The notes under the pieces are model-generated. The model worked only from the letters and a program-made list of their open reading frames with translations, had not been told where the DNA came from and made no database searches. 64,000 nt of DNA from Sedimentisphaerales bacterium (GTDB lineage Bacteria > Planctomycetota > Phycisphaerae > Sedimentisphaerales > SM23-30), in assembly GCA_963663805.2 (NCBI GenBank), contig CAXXMR010000002.1, positions 96,001 to 160,000 of the forward strand, given 5' to 3'. This document shows positions 49,797 through 62,357 of this stretch, in pieces (the stretch's first letter is position 1; each line of letters opens with the position of its first letter). Made by a program: the position numbers and the translations under genes.

Positions 49797-50294
49797 ATGA
49801 TTCATTTTGAATGTGTCGAATGCGGCGAAAATCTCGAAGCTCCTCTCTCCATGACCGGCGAAGTCATCGAATGTCCCCGTTGCGGTTCCAAGGAGACCGT
49901 CCCCGTAGAAGGTGGCCAGCCCATTGCTACCCCCAAACCTGTCGATACCCCCATCAAGGTTGACCTGGAAGACGAGGTGCCAATCACCCTGGAGGGAAAC
50001 GACGACGAAGGCCCCATGAGGTCCAGCCAGATTCGCACTTTTGATATGGGCTCATCTCTCGAAAAACGCAAGGAAAGCTGGAAACGCCCCACCAACATGG
50101 ACAACAAAGGCGCAACCCGCGTCCGAAACTTCCACACCAAGCTAACCGACAACGCCATGCGCTACCTCGACGACGAAATCAACGAGTGGATCGACGCCAA
50201 CCCCGACGTCGAAGTGAAATTCTCCAACACCACCGTCGGCCCCGTCGAAGGCAAAAAAATCGAAAACCACCTGATCATCACACTTTGGTATTAA
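49797..50294 (+). CDS. Hypothetical protein with N-terminal zinc ribbon
   Basis: CVECG..CPRCG, acidic linker, compact C-terminal domain; GGAG RBS before ATG 49797. Confidence 0.75.
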   Translation: MIHFECVECGENLEAPLSMTGEVIECPRCGSKETVPVEGGQPIATPKPVDTPIKVDLEDEVPITLEGNDDEGPMRSSQIRTFDMGSSLEKRKESWKRPTNMDNKGATRVRNFHTKLTDNAMRYLDDEINEWIDANPDVEVKFSNTTVGPVEGKKIENHLIITLWY

Positions 50295-50622
50295 AGCGGA
50301 TAAAATCCGTTTTTATTTGCTATTTTGACGTATTTTTCAAAAAAAATCGTCAAAAATCGTCAAAAATCGGTCGCTTCAGGACAAAACACGCCGAAAAAAA
50401 CGTCTTTACGTTCTCAAAAATAAAGACTTACAACAATCAATCCCTCCCACGCAAAATAAGGACTTACAAACACCCAAACCATTCGCGATTTGAGAAAAAA
50501 ACAAAAGCCGAGCCGCGTAAGCGGCCGGATAACAACTGTCATAAACGCCCAGACCATAACTGTCACAAACGGCTGGAAAATAGTTCACACCACCGCAGGC
50601 GAAACCGAATTTATTTCTATCG

Positions 50623-52233
50623 TTACGAAATAAATTCCAGCGTATCATCTATCCGTTTCAGTGTCCGTTCCTTGCCCAGCAGCATCAGACTCTCATCGAT
50701 CGGCGGGCTAACCATCGTCCCCGTAATCGCTACCCGCAGCGGCTGAGCCACCTTGCCCATTCCGACTTGGTGTTCCTCGCAAAGTTTTTCAATCGCTCCG
50801 TGCAGGCTGTGGGCGTCCCATGTTTCCAGTGCCGCCAAGGCTGACTGCGTCAGCTTCATTAATTCCGCCACGCCGTCTTTTTGCAGAACCTTTTTAACCG
50901 CCTTTTCGTCGAACTCAACCTTATCGACAAACAGAAACATGCTTTTCGTGGCTACATCTTCCAGCGTCCGTGCCCCTTCACATATCTTGAGAAGATGTGC
51001 CAATGTCTTGTCGTCCGCTTTGCCTATCGGCGATTCCACCACTTCCAGATAACGCTTGAAATGCTCCAATAGCTTCTCTGGAGCTATTATACGCATATGT
51101 TCGGTATTGAATGAAATCAGCTTTTTCCGGTCAAACAAACTATTGGTTTTATTCAGACGGTTAATGTCGAACGCTTCGATTAGTTCTTCGATGGGCATAA
51201 TCTCACGATTATCGCCTGGGTTCCAGCCTAACAGTGAAACAAAATTAACCAACGCTTCAGGTATGTATCCGCTGTGCAAAAAATCCACCACATTGATTTC
51301 CGGAAGATGCACATGTATATGTTCCGCTATCGCGGTAATGTTAGGTCCATCTAGTTCATTTTTCTTATTCAGAAAGCCCGCAAACTCTTCAACGCTAACC
51401 CCGCCCACCTGCGCCAGCTCCGCATGGTCTAAACCTTCAGCTTCTTTAATCGCCTGCCGCAGCACCTTGCCTCGTTCCCGTTTGGACAGCTTCCCGCCGC
51501 CCTCGGAAATCGTCACCGACATATGAGCATATACCGGCCTGCGAAAACCCAATGCTTCCTGCAAAGCGATATGACCCGGCGTATTCATCAAATGTTCCTG
51601 GCCCCGAAGAATATGCGTAACACCCATAAGTTCATCATCAACCACGCACGCAAAATGATAAGTCGGAAAACCATCCGACTTCTGAATAATAAAATCCCCA
51701 ATTTCCGCCGCCCCAAACCTAACTCCCCCTCTGACAACATCTTGCACCACTATATCATTACCCGGCATCGCGAACCGAACCACCACCGGACGCCCCTCCT
51801 TTTCCGCCCTCTCCACCGCCGCGACATCCGGCAAGACTTCCGGCCGGTCATAAGTATATGTACGTTTATCCTGTTGGGCTTTTTCACGCTGAATTTGTAA
51901 TTCCTCTGGAGTATCAAAGCAGTAATACGCCCGGCCGGAATCGAGCAACTGCTGCATGTATTTATTGTAAATATCAAGCCGTTCTGATTGATAATACGGT
52001 CCGTTTTCGCCGCCGACTTCCGGGCCTTCATCCCACATAATCCCCAGCCAGGCAAGGTCTTTCATCACCTGCTGAGCAGCGGTGGGGGTGTTGCGTTTCT
52101 GGTCGGTGTCTTCCATCCTGAGAATAAACTTCCCGCTCCCTTTACGTGCCGCCAGGAAACAAAACAAAGCGGTACGTGCCCCGCCGATATGTAAATAGCC
52201 CGTCGGTGACGGGGCAAATCTGGTAACTATCAT
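50623..52233 (-). CDS. gltX: Glutamate--tRNA ligase
   Basis: RFAPSPTGYLHIGG, EDTD, PTYHFACVVDD, KLSKR, anticodon-binding domain with PLRVAITG. Confidence 0.97.
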   Translation of the reverse strand: MIVTRFAPSPTGYLHIGGARTALFCFLAARKGSGKFILRMEDTDQKRNTPTAAQQVMKDLAWLGIMWDEGPEVGGENGPYYQSERLDIYNKYMQQLLDSGRAYYCFDTPEELQIQREKAQQDKRTYTYDRPEVLPDVAAVERAEKEGRPVVVRFAMPGNDIVVQDVVRGGVRFGAAEIGDFIIQKSDGFPTYHFACVVDDELMGVTHILRGQEHLMNTPGHIALQEALGFRRPVYAHMSVTISEGGGKLSKRERGKVLRQAIKEAEGLDHAELAQVGGVSVEEFAGFLNKKNELDGPNITAIAEHIHVHLPEINVVDFLHSGYIPEALVNFVSLLGWNPGDNREIMPIEELIEAFDINRLNKTNSLFDRKKLISFNTEHMRIIAPEKLLEHFKRYLEVVESPIGKADDKTLAHLLKICEGARTLEDVATKSMFLFVDKVEFDEKAVKKVLQKDGVAELMKLTQSALAALETWDAHSLHGAIEKLCEEHQVGMGKVAQPLRVAITGTMVSPPIDESLMLLGKERTLKRIDDTLEFIS

Positions 52234-52437
52234 TACTTATAACTCCTTAAGCCATTTTGTCAAACCGCTAAGGGTACCTCTGATGTATTTAAATGTCAAA
52301 TACAATGAGTTTGCCAGGGTTTAAGGGGTGTTTTCTGTTAAATTTGGGAAAACGTTTTTTGCTTTTTTGGGCGTTGTTTTTAGCCGAATAAGTTTGTAGG
52401 TAGTATGTATTTAGGTTGATACTTTCAGGAGTTTTTT

Positions 52438-53511
52438 ATGAAACGGTCGGCATTGAGAATTATCGGGCTACTTATGTTTTTGTTTGTTACTGCCGGGCTG
52501 GGTTCATCTGAATCTTTCGCGGCGAATGCTGAGCAGCCCAAAGTTTATATTGTTCAAAGTTATGAGTCTGATAATGTTTGCGGGCGGCCTCAGGAAGAGG
52601 GGATAGTTGAAATTCTGGAAAAGGAATACGGGGAACGTCTGGTTATTCGGACACATTACATGGATACCAAGACTGTCAATAGTGCCAAGGAAGCGATGCA
52701 GGCTGATGCTGCAAAAGTACTGCAAGAGATTGAGGTTTTCGGACCTGATATTGTTTTTACGGTGGACGATAACGCTTTTCGTGAAGTCGGGCTTAAACTG
52801 GTTGGTCGTTCTTTTCCGGTGGTTTTTACCGGGATGAACGCTCAGCCGGAAGTTTATAATGCCAAAATCCCTTTTCTGGACAGTAACGGCATTCCCAACG
52901 CAAATATAACGGGTGTTTATGAGAAGCTTCATGTGCAGACCAGTCTGAATGTTGTCAAAGGTATTTTACCGGACCTGAAAAAGGTTGTTGTGTTATTGGA
53001 CAATACCACTACTGGTTACGCAGTTGAGGCTCAGTTGCAGAAAGAGCTTGAGAACAATACGACCGGTGTCGCAATGGCTGTTCGTCATGTGGGTACGATG
53101 CAGGAGCTGATTGAGGCAGTTGAGCAGATTAACAATGATGCTGAGGTTGGCGCTATTTATAATGTTGTGGTTAGTGTTAAAGATGATGACGGCAAGTCGG
53201 TTGACATGAAGAGTACCTTTCGGGAGTCGCTGATTCGTTCCAGGAAGCCTTCGATCGCTATAAATTTTGCGTTTTGTGAGCTGGGATTGTTTGGAGGGGC
53301 TTCGGTGGATTTTGTTGATTTGGGTAATCAGGCTGCCCTGATGGGGATTTCTTTGCTGCGGGGCGGTAATATTCAATCGCTTCCCATTCGTTCGTCGGAG
53401 AAATACCTGATAACATTTAATTACGCATGCGCTCAGCGTTTGGGCATTACGATTCATGATGAAGTGTTAAGTGTCGCGATTTTGTATCATGAGGAGCCGC
53501 TTCTGAAATAA
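52438..53511 (+). CDS. Periplasmic substrate-binding-like sensor protein
   Basis: Signal peptide; [30 protein letters not shown]; lies upstream of a kinase. Confidence 0.75.
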   Translation: MKRSALRIIGLLMFLFVTAGLGSSESFAANAEQPKVYIVQSYESDNVCGRPQEEGIVEILEKEYGERLVIRTHYMDTKTVNSAKEAMQADAAKVLQEIEVFGPDIVFTVDDNAFREVGLKLVGRSFPVVFTGMNAQPEVYNAKIPFLDSNGIPNANITGVYEKLHVQTSLNVVKGILPDLKKVVVLLDNTTTGYAVEAQLQKELENNTTGVAMAVRHVGTMQELIEAVEQINNDAEVGAIYNVVVSVKDDDGKSVDMKSTFRESLIRSRKPSIAINFAFCELGLFGGASVDFVDLGNQAALMGISLLRGGNIQSLPIRSSEKYLITFNYACAQRLGITIHDEVLSVAILYHEEPLLK

Positions 53512-53549
53512 ACCCGCACTCGGAACAGTCGAGAACGGGAAGGAGAGAA

Positions 53550-55886
53550 ATGGAAAAGCGCAGAATAAGTATATTTCAATCGATTCGGCCCAAGGTAGTG
53601 GCCGCGATTATTGTACCGCCGGTATTATTTTTGATATTGGGCGCGGTATTATTCGCTCATTCTGTGCGTCAGGTATTGACCAAAACTTCGCAGACTGATT
53701 TAAAGCAATTAGAAACTGTTAATCAAGGTCTTTTGCGGCAGCGGCTGGAGGATTTTTCTGAGAAGTCCCAGCGTCTTGCCATCAATTCTCAATTGATTGT
53801 TCCGTTAAAGTTGAACGTAGCGTATCAGCTTCAGGCGGTTCTCGATACTATGCTCGCGCAAAATGAACTTCAGACTCTGGCGGTTTTTAAGCCTGACGGT
53901 GTTGTTTGCAGTACAGCCGGTTTGGCTGTTGATAATTATGAGTTTGATCGTGATGTTGAAATCAGGTCGGTTCGCGAATCGGTTTCTCAGGTGCGATATG
54001 GCCTTGACAATGATGGTCGGGTTGTCGAAATGGGTTTTGTTTTGATTCAGCAGGCTGATTCTGGGATTGGGGTTTTGTTTGCCGCTCGGGTTTTGTCATT
54101 GAACGAAGTGTTCGCCCGCTCTTTGGTAGTGAGTTCGGGTAAGGTTGTGGCTGAGTCTCCCAGCGGTTCCTTTTTGCGGCCTTATGTGAATACGATTCTC
54201 GAAAAATTTTCGGGACAGGAGCAAATATCGCTTGGTGAACACAAAATTTCAGCGATTCGGATACCCATCCCTGGTTTAGAGATGAATCATGCCTGTTTGC
54301 TGGCAGGTATTGACCAGACAGCTCAATATGACAGGCAGAATAAAGTCATGTTATATATTGGTCTGGTGGGGTTGGGTACGGTTCTGCTGATAGTAATTTA
54401 CAGTTGGGTCTTGAGCCGGAGGCTGACTAATCCGATATTGCGGATTACGAATATCGCCGCTCAGATTTCCGGTGGTCAAAAAGGGGTAGAGTGGCTGGAG
54501 GAACGTGAAGATGAGGTAGGGATACTTAATTACACTCTTAAGGCAATGACCGGCAGTCTTCAGGATTCCAATGAAAATCTGGTAGAGGCGCTGCGGAAGG
54601 CGGAGCAAAACAGGCAGGAGGCTGAGCATTTTAGCGAAAAGCTTCAAAGTCTTAATGAGAGTCTGGAAGAGGTGGTTCGTGAGCGTACTCAGGATTTGAT
54701 TGATGCCAAAGAAATGGCTGAAAACGCGAGCAAGATGAAAGGCGAATTTCTGGCCAACATGAGCCATGAGATTCGGACTCCGATGAATGCCATAATCGGT
54801 TTTTCCAACGTTCTTCTTAACGAACAGATAAGTGAAAGTCAGCTTGAGTATGTTAATTATATAAATGACGCGGGCAAAAACCTGCTGACGGTAATCAATG
54901 ATATTCTTGATATTTCCAAGATAGAATCTGGTAAACTTCAGGTTGAAATCAGAGAGTGTTTATTAAGGGGTATGTTGGACAGTGTCAAGTCTCTGATGAT
55001 TCAAGTTGCCGATGAGAAGAAGCTTGATTTCCAGATAATACTTGCTTCAAATTTGCCTGCCACTATTACGACTGATGATACTCGTGTTCGGCAGTGTTTG
55101 ATTAATCTGGCCAATAATGCCGTGAAGTTTACGGAAAAAGGTCATGTGTATATAAAGGTATCTCTTGACGAATCTGGTCCGGAGCCGTTCATTTGCTTTG
55201 CGGTTGAAGATACCGGAATTGGCATTGCCTCGGAAAAACAGGCTTTGGTTTTTGAGTCATTTTCTCAGGCGGACGGCAGCACAAATCGCAAGTTTGGCGG
55301 TACTGGTCTGGGACTGACGATTACCAAGCGTCTGATTGAAATGCTGGGCGGCAGTATCAGCCTGGAAAGCGAAGTTGGCAAGGGTTCGTGTTTTATCGTG
55401 AAAATTCCTGTTGCCGCCGAGCTTAGCAGTGAGACTGAATCGCAGCAGGGTTCTCGATTGGTGGAGTCTGATTATGTTGAGCAGAAACGGCGAGAAGTTG
55501 GCGAACAAGGTGCAAGGCCGGGGCATGTTCTGGTAGCTGAGGACAATGTTGCCAACCAGGCGCTGATAAAACTGCTGCTCAAGAAGAATAATTTGCAGGT
55601 AACAGTGGCGAATGACGGGCGTGAAGCGATAGATTTAGCTTGCGAGGCAGATTATGACCTTATTCTTATGGATCTTCAAATGCCGGAGATGAATGGTTAT
55701 GATGCTACTCGTATGCTGAGGTCAAGGGGGCTTGCGACACCTATTGTGGCGTTAACCGCTTTTGCGATGGCTGACGACCGGGAAAAAGCTCTGGAGGCCG
55801 GCTGCGATGATTATCTTGCCAAGCCGATAAATTCGGAAAAACTGGATGAGGTAGTCGCGAAATATATTGGGGGTGTGTTGGCGTAG
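53550..55886 (+). CDS. Hybrid sensor histidine kinase / response regulator
   Basis: Two [38 protein letters not shown], receiver ILMDLQMP. Confidence 0.95.
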   Translation: MEKRRISIFQSIRPKVVAAIIVPPVLFLILGAVLFAHSVRQVLTKTSQTDLKQLETVNQGLLRQRLEDFSEKSQRLAINSQLIVPLKLNVAYQLQAVLDTMLAQNELQTLAVFKPDGVVCSTAGLAVDNYEFDRDVEIRSVRESVSQVRYGLDNDGRVVEMGFVLIQQADSGIGVLFAARVLSLNEVFARSLVVSSGKVVAESPSGSFLRPYVNTILEKFSGQEQISLGEHKISAIRIPIPGLEMNHACLLAGIDQTAQYDRQNKVMLYIGLVGLGTVLLIVIYSWVLSRRLTNPILRITNIAAQISGGQKGVEWLEEREDEVGILNYTLKAMTGSLQDSNENLVEALRKAEQNRQEAEHFSEKLQSLNESLEEVVRERTQDLIDAKEMAENASKMKGEFLANMSHEIRTPMNAIIGFSNVLLNEQISESQLEYVNYINDAGKNLLTVINDILDISKIESGKLQVEIRECLLRGMLDSVKSLMIQVADEKKLDFQIILASNLPATITTDDTRVRQCLINLANNAVKFTEKGHVYIKVSLDESGPEPFICFAVEDTGIGIASEKQALVFESFSQADGSTNRKFGGTGLGLTITKRLIEMLGGSISLESEVGKGSCFIVKIPVAAELSSETESQQGSRLVESDYVEQKRREVGEQGARPGHVLVAEDNVANQALIKLLLKKNNLQVTVANDGREAIDLACEADYDLILMDLQMPEMNGYDATRMLRSRGLATPIVALTAFAMADDREKALEAGCDDYLAKPINSEKLDEVVAKYIGGVLA

Positions 55887-55906
55887 AAAGGGTGTTGGAC
55901 ATTCTT

Positions 55907-56695
55907 TTAATCGTCTTGGGGCAGAAAACAGGTCAGGGTGTAGAGGGCTGCTGAGGTTATTACTATGCAGGCGCCGGTGGGGAGGTTTATGTAGTAGGAG
56001 ACGGCGAATCCGGTTATGGCCGCGAGGGTGCCGGATAGCATGGCGATGATTACTACGGCTCGGTAGCCGCGGGCGATTCGGTAGGCGGTTGCGGCGGGGC
56101 AGACCAATAGACTGAAAATGAGCAGGCCGCCTACGGTTTTGAGGTTGACCGCGAGTATCAGTCCGCAGAATAGTAAGAAGGCCAGGTAGACGCAGCGGGA
56201 ATAGAGGCAGGTTGCTTCGGCGAGGGGGCGACTGAAAAGTATGGCTCTGAGCGGGCGGTCGAAGAGGATGACGAATAGTATCAGGCCGGTGGTGAGCATG
56301 CTGGTGATTAATACTGTGGACCAGTCGGCGAAGAGTACGTTGCCCCATAAGAGGCTGAGCATTTCGTTGCGGCTGTCCTGTTCGAGCCCGACGGCCAGGA
56401 ACGCCAGGCCCATCATGAACGAGAGCAGGATTGCCTGGGCGGTGTTGGCGCCGAGGCTGCGTTTTTCGGTTCTGATGAAAGCGACGCCTGCTGAGCCGGC
56501 CATCGATAAGGCCAATGCGCCGAGGGTGGGGTTGACACCGAGCAGTGAGCCGTAGACGGCACCGACCATGGCGGTGTGGGAGATGCAACTGCCGATGAAA
56601 GGCATTCTCATGCCGACGATATAGACACCAAGCAGGCCGAGGCCCATGCCCGCTAATGCTCCGGCGATGATGATAGGCAGGAAGAAACTGTCCAT
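55907..56695 (-). CDS. Metal ABC transporter permease (ZnuB/MntB family)
   Basis: ISHTAMVG, LLWGNVL, VGGLLIFSLLVCPAATA, LPTGACIV. Confidence 0.9.
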   Translation of the reverse strand: MDSFFLPIIIAGALAGMGLGLLGVYIVGMRMPFIGSCISHTAMVGAVYGSLLGVNPTLGALALSMAGSAGVAFIRTEKRSLGANTAQAILLSFMMGLAFLAVGLEQDSRNEMLSLLWGNVLFADWSTVLITSMLTTGLILFVILFDRPLRAILFSRPLAEATCLYSRCVYLAFLLFCGLILAVNLKTVGGLLIFSLLVCPAATAYRIARGYRAVVIIAMLSGTLAAITGFAVSYYINLPTGACIVITSAALYTLTCFLPQDD

Positions 56696-57429
56696 TATAA
56701 ATCGTCTCCGACTGATTGGGCCGCGGCGAGGGCGGTGGTTTTGTCGGTGTCTGTTAGTATCTGTCCCTTGTTAAGCACGACGACGCGTCGGCATGCTTCG
56801 GGCAGTAAATCCCATTCGTGTGATACGACCAATACGGTTATTTTGTTTTGGCTGAACATTTCCGAAAGAGTTTCCCGCAGTCGGTTTTTCCAGTTAGGGT
56901 CGAGGTTGGCGCCTGGTTCGTCGAGCAGTACCAAGCGGGGGTCGCTGACCATGGCACGGGCGATGAGTGCTTTTTGCTGCTGGCCGCCGGACAGGGAACG
57001 AAAGGTCTGGTTCCGGCGTTGGTAGAGGCCGAGCTTGTCGAGCCAGTAGTCGATTTGCTGATAGTCTTCACGGTTGAGTTTGCCGATTAACGGTTTGCGG
57101 CTGTTACGGCCCAGGGCGACGATTTCGCGTAAGGTGAAGGGCAGGTGGCTGTTGTATTCGGCCTGCTGGGGGACGTAGCCGATGTGCTGGCGGAATTTTC
57201 GGAGCGGTCGCCAGGGTGAAACAGCCATGTTTTCACCGTCGAAAAATATCTGGCCGTGAGTGGGGGGGATGGTTCCGCAGCATAGATGCAGCAATGTGGT
57301 TTTGCCGGCACCGTTAGGACCGACGATGCCTACGAACTCTCCTTCGTCGATACGCAGGGAATCTACGGCAAGTATGTTGTGTTTGCCGCGACGAATGAGA
57401 ATGTTTTTCAGTTCCAGTAGACTGGGCAT
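56695..57429 (-). CDS. Metal ABC transporter ATP-binding protein
   Basis: GPNGAGKT, IGYVPQ, LSGGQQQK, LLDEP, VSH. Confidence 0.93.
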   Translation of the reverse strand: MPSLLELKNILIRRGKHNILAVDSLRIDEGEFVGIVGPNGAGKTTLLHLCCGTIPPTHGQIFFDGENMAVSPWRPLRKFRQHIGYVPQQAEYNSHLPFTLREIVALGRNSRKPLIGKLNREDYQQIDYWLDKLGLYQRRNQTFRSLSGGQQQKALIARAMVSDPRLVLLDEPGANLDPNWKNRLRETLSEMFSQNKITVLVVSHEWDLLPEACRRVVVLNKGQILTDTDKTTALAAAQSVGDDL

Positions 57430-57430
57430 T

Positions 57431-58246
57431 TTATTGAGCGGTGGTTAGATGTTTGACATTATTACGCAGCAGCTTTTCAAAGTTGCCGGGCCTGGTGCCG
57501 GCGGGAAAATTGCTGAACACTACCAGGTGGGCATTTAGTTCATCAGCGATTCTTTGGGCCAGCTCGGTGCCTTCTTGGGCGTTGGCGATGATGATTGTGG
57601 TTTGGTTTTCCCGGCCGGCTTTGAGAACGGTTTCGATGTCGGCGGGGGTCATTATGTCTACGGCCTTGAAGGTTCCGACGACTTCCAGGCCCAGCCATTG
57701 GCAGAAATCGGCTTGATGATGGGAGGCGAGGACTTTGGCACCGGTCAGGTTGCTTTGTTTGATTTGTTCTTTTATTTCGACGGCAGTCTGGTTCAATCTG
57801 GTTTCGAGTTGAGTGATTTGCTTGTCGTATATGGTAGGGGCAATGTCAAGGTTTTCGCTGAGGTGGGGGATGATTTCTTGGCAGATGGCCAGGAAGGTTT
57901 CGGGTTTGACCAGCCCTTTTCGACCGGCTATGGCGACGATGGGACGTTCGGTGCGTTTTATCTGTTCGTCCAGGCCCCCCTGAAAATTGAAGCGGATGAC
58001 GAGTTGGCTGTCGGCTATAGCTTTGACTTTGTCGGGGGAAATGTCGAAGTGGCCGGGACACATGCCCGGTTCTGCCAGTGAGAATACCTCGGCGTGGCTG
58101 TCTGTCAGTTCAGAGGTTGCCGCGGCGAGGTAGGTGTTACTGACGCAGATTTTAGGGAGGCAGTCAGGGTTGGAATCGTCGGTTTTTTTGCATCCGGGCA
58201 GGATGGTTATTAAAGATAAGATTATAAATAACAAATAGTTACGCAT
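57431..58246 (-). CDS. Metal ABC transporter substrate-binding lipoprotein (cluster A-I like)
   Basis: Lipobox LPG-C; PGMCPGHFD; in an operon with the ATPase and permease. Confidence 0.82.
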   Translation of the reverse strand: MRNYLLFIILSLITILPGCKKTDDSNPDCLPKICVSNTYLAAATSELTDSHAEVFSLAEPGMCPGHFDISPDKVKAIADSQLVIRFNFQGGLDEQIKRTERPIVAIAGRKGLVKPETFLAICQEIIPHLSENLDIAPTIYDKQITQLETRLNQTAVEIKEQIKQSNLTGAKVLASHHQADFCQWLGLEVVGTFKAVDIMTPADIETVLKAGRENQTTIIIANAQEGTELAQRIADELNAHLVVFSNFPAGTRPGNFEKLLRNNVKHLTTAQ

Positions 58247-58490
58247 ATTTTATTCCGACAGGTAAGGGTTTCCTAATTGCCTCGCGCATACTTTTTATAA
58301 AATCGTAATACGATATAAATACCTTGCTGGGCAGATGATGTCAATTCAAATGTTGGACTGTCAGGTTGGCATTTGGCAAGGGAGCAGGTGACATGGTGGC
58401 AGGGAGGAGGGTTTTGAGGGAGATCCGATTTTTATTTGTAAATACTTGCTGTAAAGCTGTTTATATATGTAACTCATTAGTTTTTGTGGT

Positions 58491-58507
58491 TTGGCACTAA
58501 CTTTGCT
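58491..58507 (+). promoter_or_regulatory. Sigma54-type -24/-12 promoter upstream of groEL
   Basis: TTGGCACTAACTTTGCT matches TGGCAC-N5-TTGCW. Confidence 0.65.
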
Positions 58508-58631
58508 CTGGTGATGGGTGTTGGATAGTCTATGTCCTGACGGGCAAGTATCCAGAGTAGTGGTAATTAAGGTATGTTTTACCGAAACTGAAGAAAAATT
58601 CAGGGTAAGTTATTGTTAAGGAGACATTTAG

Positions 58632-60335
<1,704 letters not shown>

Positions 60336-60404
60336 GTCGTTCTTTAGCGTGATTGATTGGTAAGTTAAATTTAACCATTAAACAATATAAGACGGAGTTA
60401 TGAT

Positions 60405-60692
60405 ATGAAGATCAAACCTTTGGATGACAGGATTCTGGTCAAGCAGAGTGAAGCGGAAACCAAAACAGCCGGCGGGATTGTGCTGCCGGACAGCGCTAAA
60501 GAAAAACCCCAGCAGGGTAAAGTTGTCGCGGTTGGTCCGGGCAAAATGCTGGACAGCGGCGAGCGTGGCGCTGTGGCGGTTAAAAAAGGCGATGTGATTT
60601 TTTACGGCAAGTACGCCGGCAGTGATATTGAAGTTGATGGCGAGAAGTTTGTGATTTTGCGTGAGAGCGATGTTCTGGCAGTGCTGGACTAA
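60405..60692 (+). CDS. groES: Co-chaperonin GroES
   Basis: IKPLDDRILV, TAGGIVLPDSAKEKP. Confidence 0.98.
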   Translation: MKIKPLDDRILVKQSEAETKTAGGIVLPDSAKEKPQQGKVVAVGPGKMLDSGERGAVAVKKGDVIFYGKYAGSDIEVDGEKFVILRESDVLAVLD

Positions 60693-60731
60693 GTTACCGA
60701 ATAATAAAAAAAGAAATAAACGGAGTTTATT

Positions 60732-62342
60732 ATGGCCAAGCAAATGATGTATGATGACGCAGCTCGTCGTGCCATGCGTGACGGTTTGTCGCAACTGGCG
60801 GCGGCGGTCAAGGTGACGATGGGTCCTACCGGTCGCAACGTGGTTCTGCAGAAGAGTTACGGTTCGCCGAAAGTGACCAAAGACGGAGTAAGTGTCGCCA
60901 AGGAAATTGAACTGCCTGAGGCATTCAAGAATATGGGCGCCAAGATGGTTAATCAGGTCGCCAGCAAGACCTCCGATGTCGCCGGTGACGGCACGACCAC
61001 GGCGACGGTTCTGGCTGAAGCTATTTTCAGCGAAGGTCTGAAATATGTAACGGCGGGCGTTAATCCAATGGCTTTACAGCGTGGTATCAATCAGGCTGTT
61101 GCCGCGGCGGTTGAGTCTATCAAGAAACAGTCGAAGAAGGTCAAGGGCAGTGACGATATTGCCAAGGTTGGCACGATTTCAGCGAATAATGACCCGGTTA
61201 TCGGCAAGCTGCTGGCTGACGCGATGGAAAAGGTCGGTCAGGCGGGCGTTATCGAGGTCGAAGAAGGCAAGGGCATGGAGACCGAACTGGAAGTCGTCGA
61301 AGGCATGCAGTTCGACAAAGGTTATCTGTCCCCTTACTTTGTGACCAAAGCTAACACCATGGAAGCGATTCTGGAAGATTGCTATATTCTGATTCACGAG
61401 AAGAAAATTAGCAATCTGCGGGAAATGGTACCGTTGCTGGAAAAAATCGCGAGCGCTTCCAAGCCACTTTTGATTATCGCTGAGGATGTTGAAGGCGAAG
61501 CTCTGGCGGCACTGGTAATTAACCGTCTGCGGGGTATTTTGAATATCGCCGCGGTTAAGGCTCCGGGTTTTGGCGATCGTCGCAAGGCTATGTTGGGTGA
61601 CATTGCGGCGGTTACCGGCGGCGAACTGATTACCGAGGACCTGGGTGTCAAGCTGGAGAGCATTGAGCTTTCGCAGTTGGGGCAGGCTCGCAAGGTAGTG
61701 ATTTCCAAAGATGCCACCACTATCGTCGAAGGTGCCGGTAAGAAGAAAGATATTACGCAGCGTGTCAGTCAGATTAAGACTCAAATTGAAAAGACCACGA
61801 GTGATTATGACCGCGAAAAACTTCAGGAACGCTTGGCCAAGCTGACTGGCGGCGTTGCCATCGTGCGGGCAGGGGCCGCGACTGAAATCGAGATGAAGGA
61901 ACGCAAGGACTTGCTTGATGACGCATTGCACGCTACTCGTGCCGCGACTGAAGAAGGTGTGATTCCCGGCGGTGGTGTGGTTTATCTGCGGGCGATTGAA
62001 GCGGTTAAGAAAGCCCAGAAAGAAGTCGCAGGCGACGAAGCGCTGGGTTTTGATATTGTGGCCAAGGCTCTTACTTATCCGACCCGTCAGATTGTCGATA
62101 ACAGCGGCGAAGACGGCGCAATGGTCGTCGCGGAACTGATGGAGAAAAAAGGTTCGGCAGGCTATAACGCCGCGACTGGCGAATATGTTGATATGTTCGA
62201 GGCAGGTATTATCGACCCCGCCAAGGTGGTTCGCAGTGCTTTGCAGAACGCCGCGAGCGTAGTTGGTACTATGTTGACAACCAATGTGATGATAACCGAC
62301 CTGGACGATGATGAAGAGCCGGGTGAGGAAGTTGTCTGGTAA
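60732..62342 (+). CDS. groEL: Chaperonin GroEL (copy 2, acidic tail)
   Basis: [29 protein letters not shown]; ends [14 protein letters not shown]. Confidence 0.98.
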   Translation: MAKQMMYDDAARRAMRDGLSQLAAAVKVTMGPTGRNVVLQKSYGSPKVTKDGVSVAKEIELPEAFKNMGAKMVNQVASKTSDVAGDGTTTATVLAEAIFSEGLKYVTAGVNPMALQRGINQAVAAAVESIKKQSKKVKGSDDIAKVGTISANNDPVIGKLLADAMEKVGQAGVIEVEEGKGMETELEVVEGMQFDKGYLSPYFVTKANTMEAILEDCYILIHEKKISNLREMVPLLEKIASASKPLLIIAEDVEGEALAALVINRLRGILNIAAVKAPGFGDRRKAMLGDIAAVTGGELITEDLGVKLESIELSQLGQARKVVISKDATTIVEGAGKKKDITQRVSQIKTQIEKTTSDYDREKLQERLAKLTGGVAIVRAGAATEIEMKERKDLLDDALHATRAATEEGVIPGGGVVYLRAIEAVKKAQKEVAGDEALGFDIVAKALTYPTRQIVDNSGEDGAMVVAELMEKKGSAGYNAATGEYVDMFEAGIIDPAKVVRSALQNAASVVGTMLTTNVMITDLDDDEEPGEEVVW

Positions 62343-62357
62343 TTGGTTTTTAATATA

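Noticed and set aside
49435..50620. Integrative element or prophage at tRNA-Gln
   Set aside because: No integrase and no duplicated tRNA 3' end seen in the window.
50186..50746. 186-aa basic plus-strand ORF
   Set aside because: Overlaps two real genes and crosses low-complexity intergenic repeats.
52234..52437. Replication origin at the C-to-G skew switch
   Set aside because: No TTATCCACA-type DnaA boxes seen, no dnaA/dnaN nearby, and an opposite switch lies only about 45 kb away.
55752..56588. 278-aa Arg/Pro/His-rich minus-strand ORF
   Set aside because: Alternative frame overlapping the ABC permease; composition reflects the local skew.
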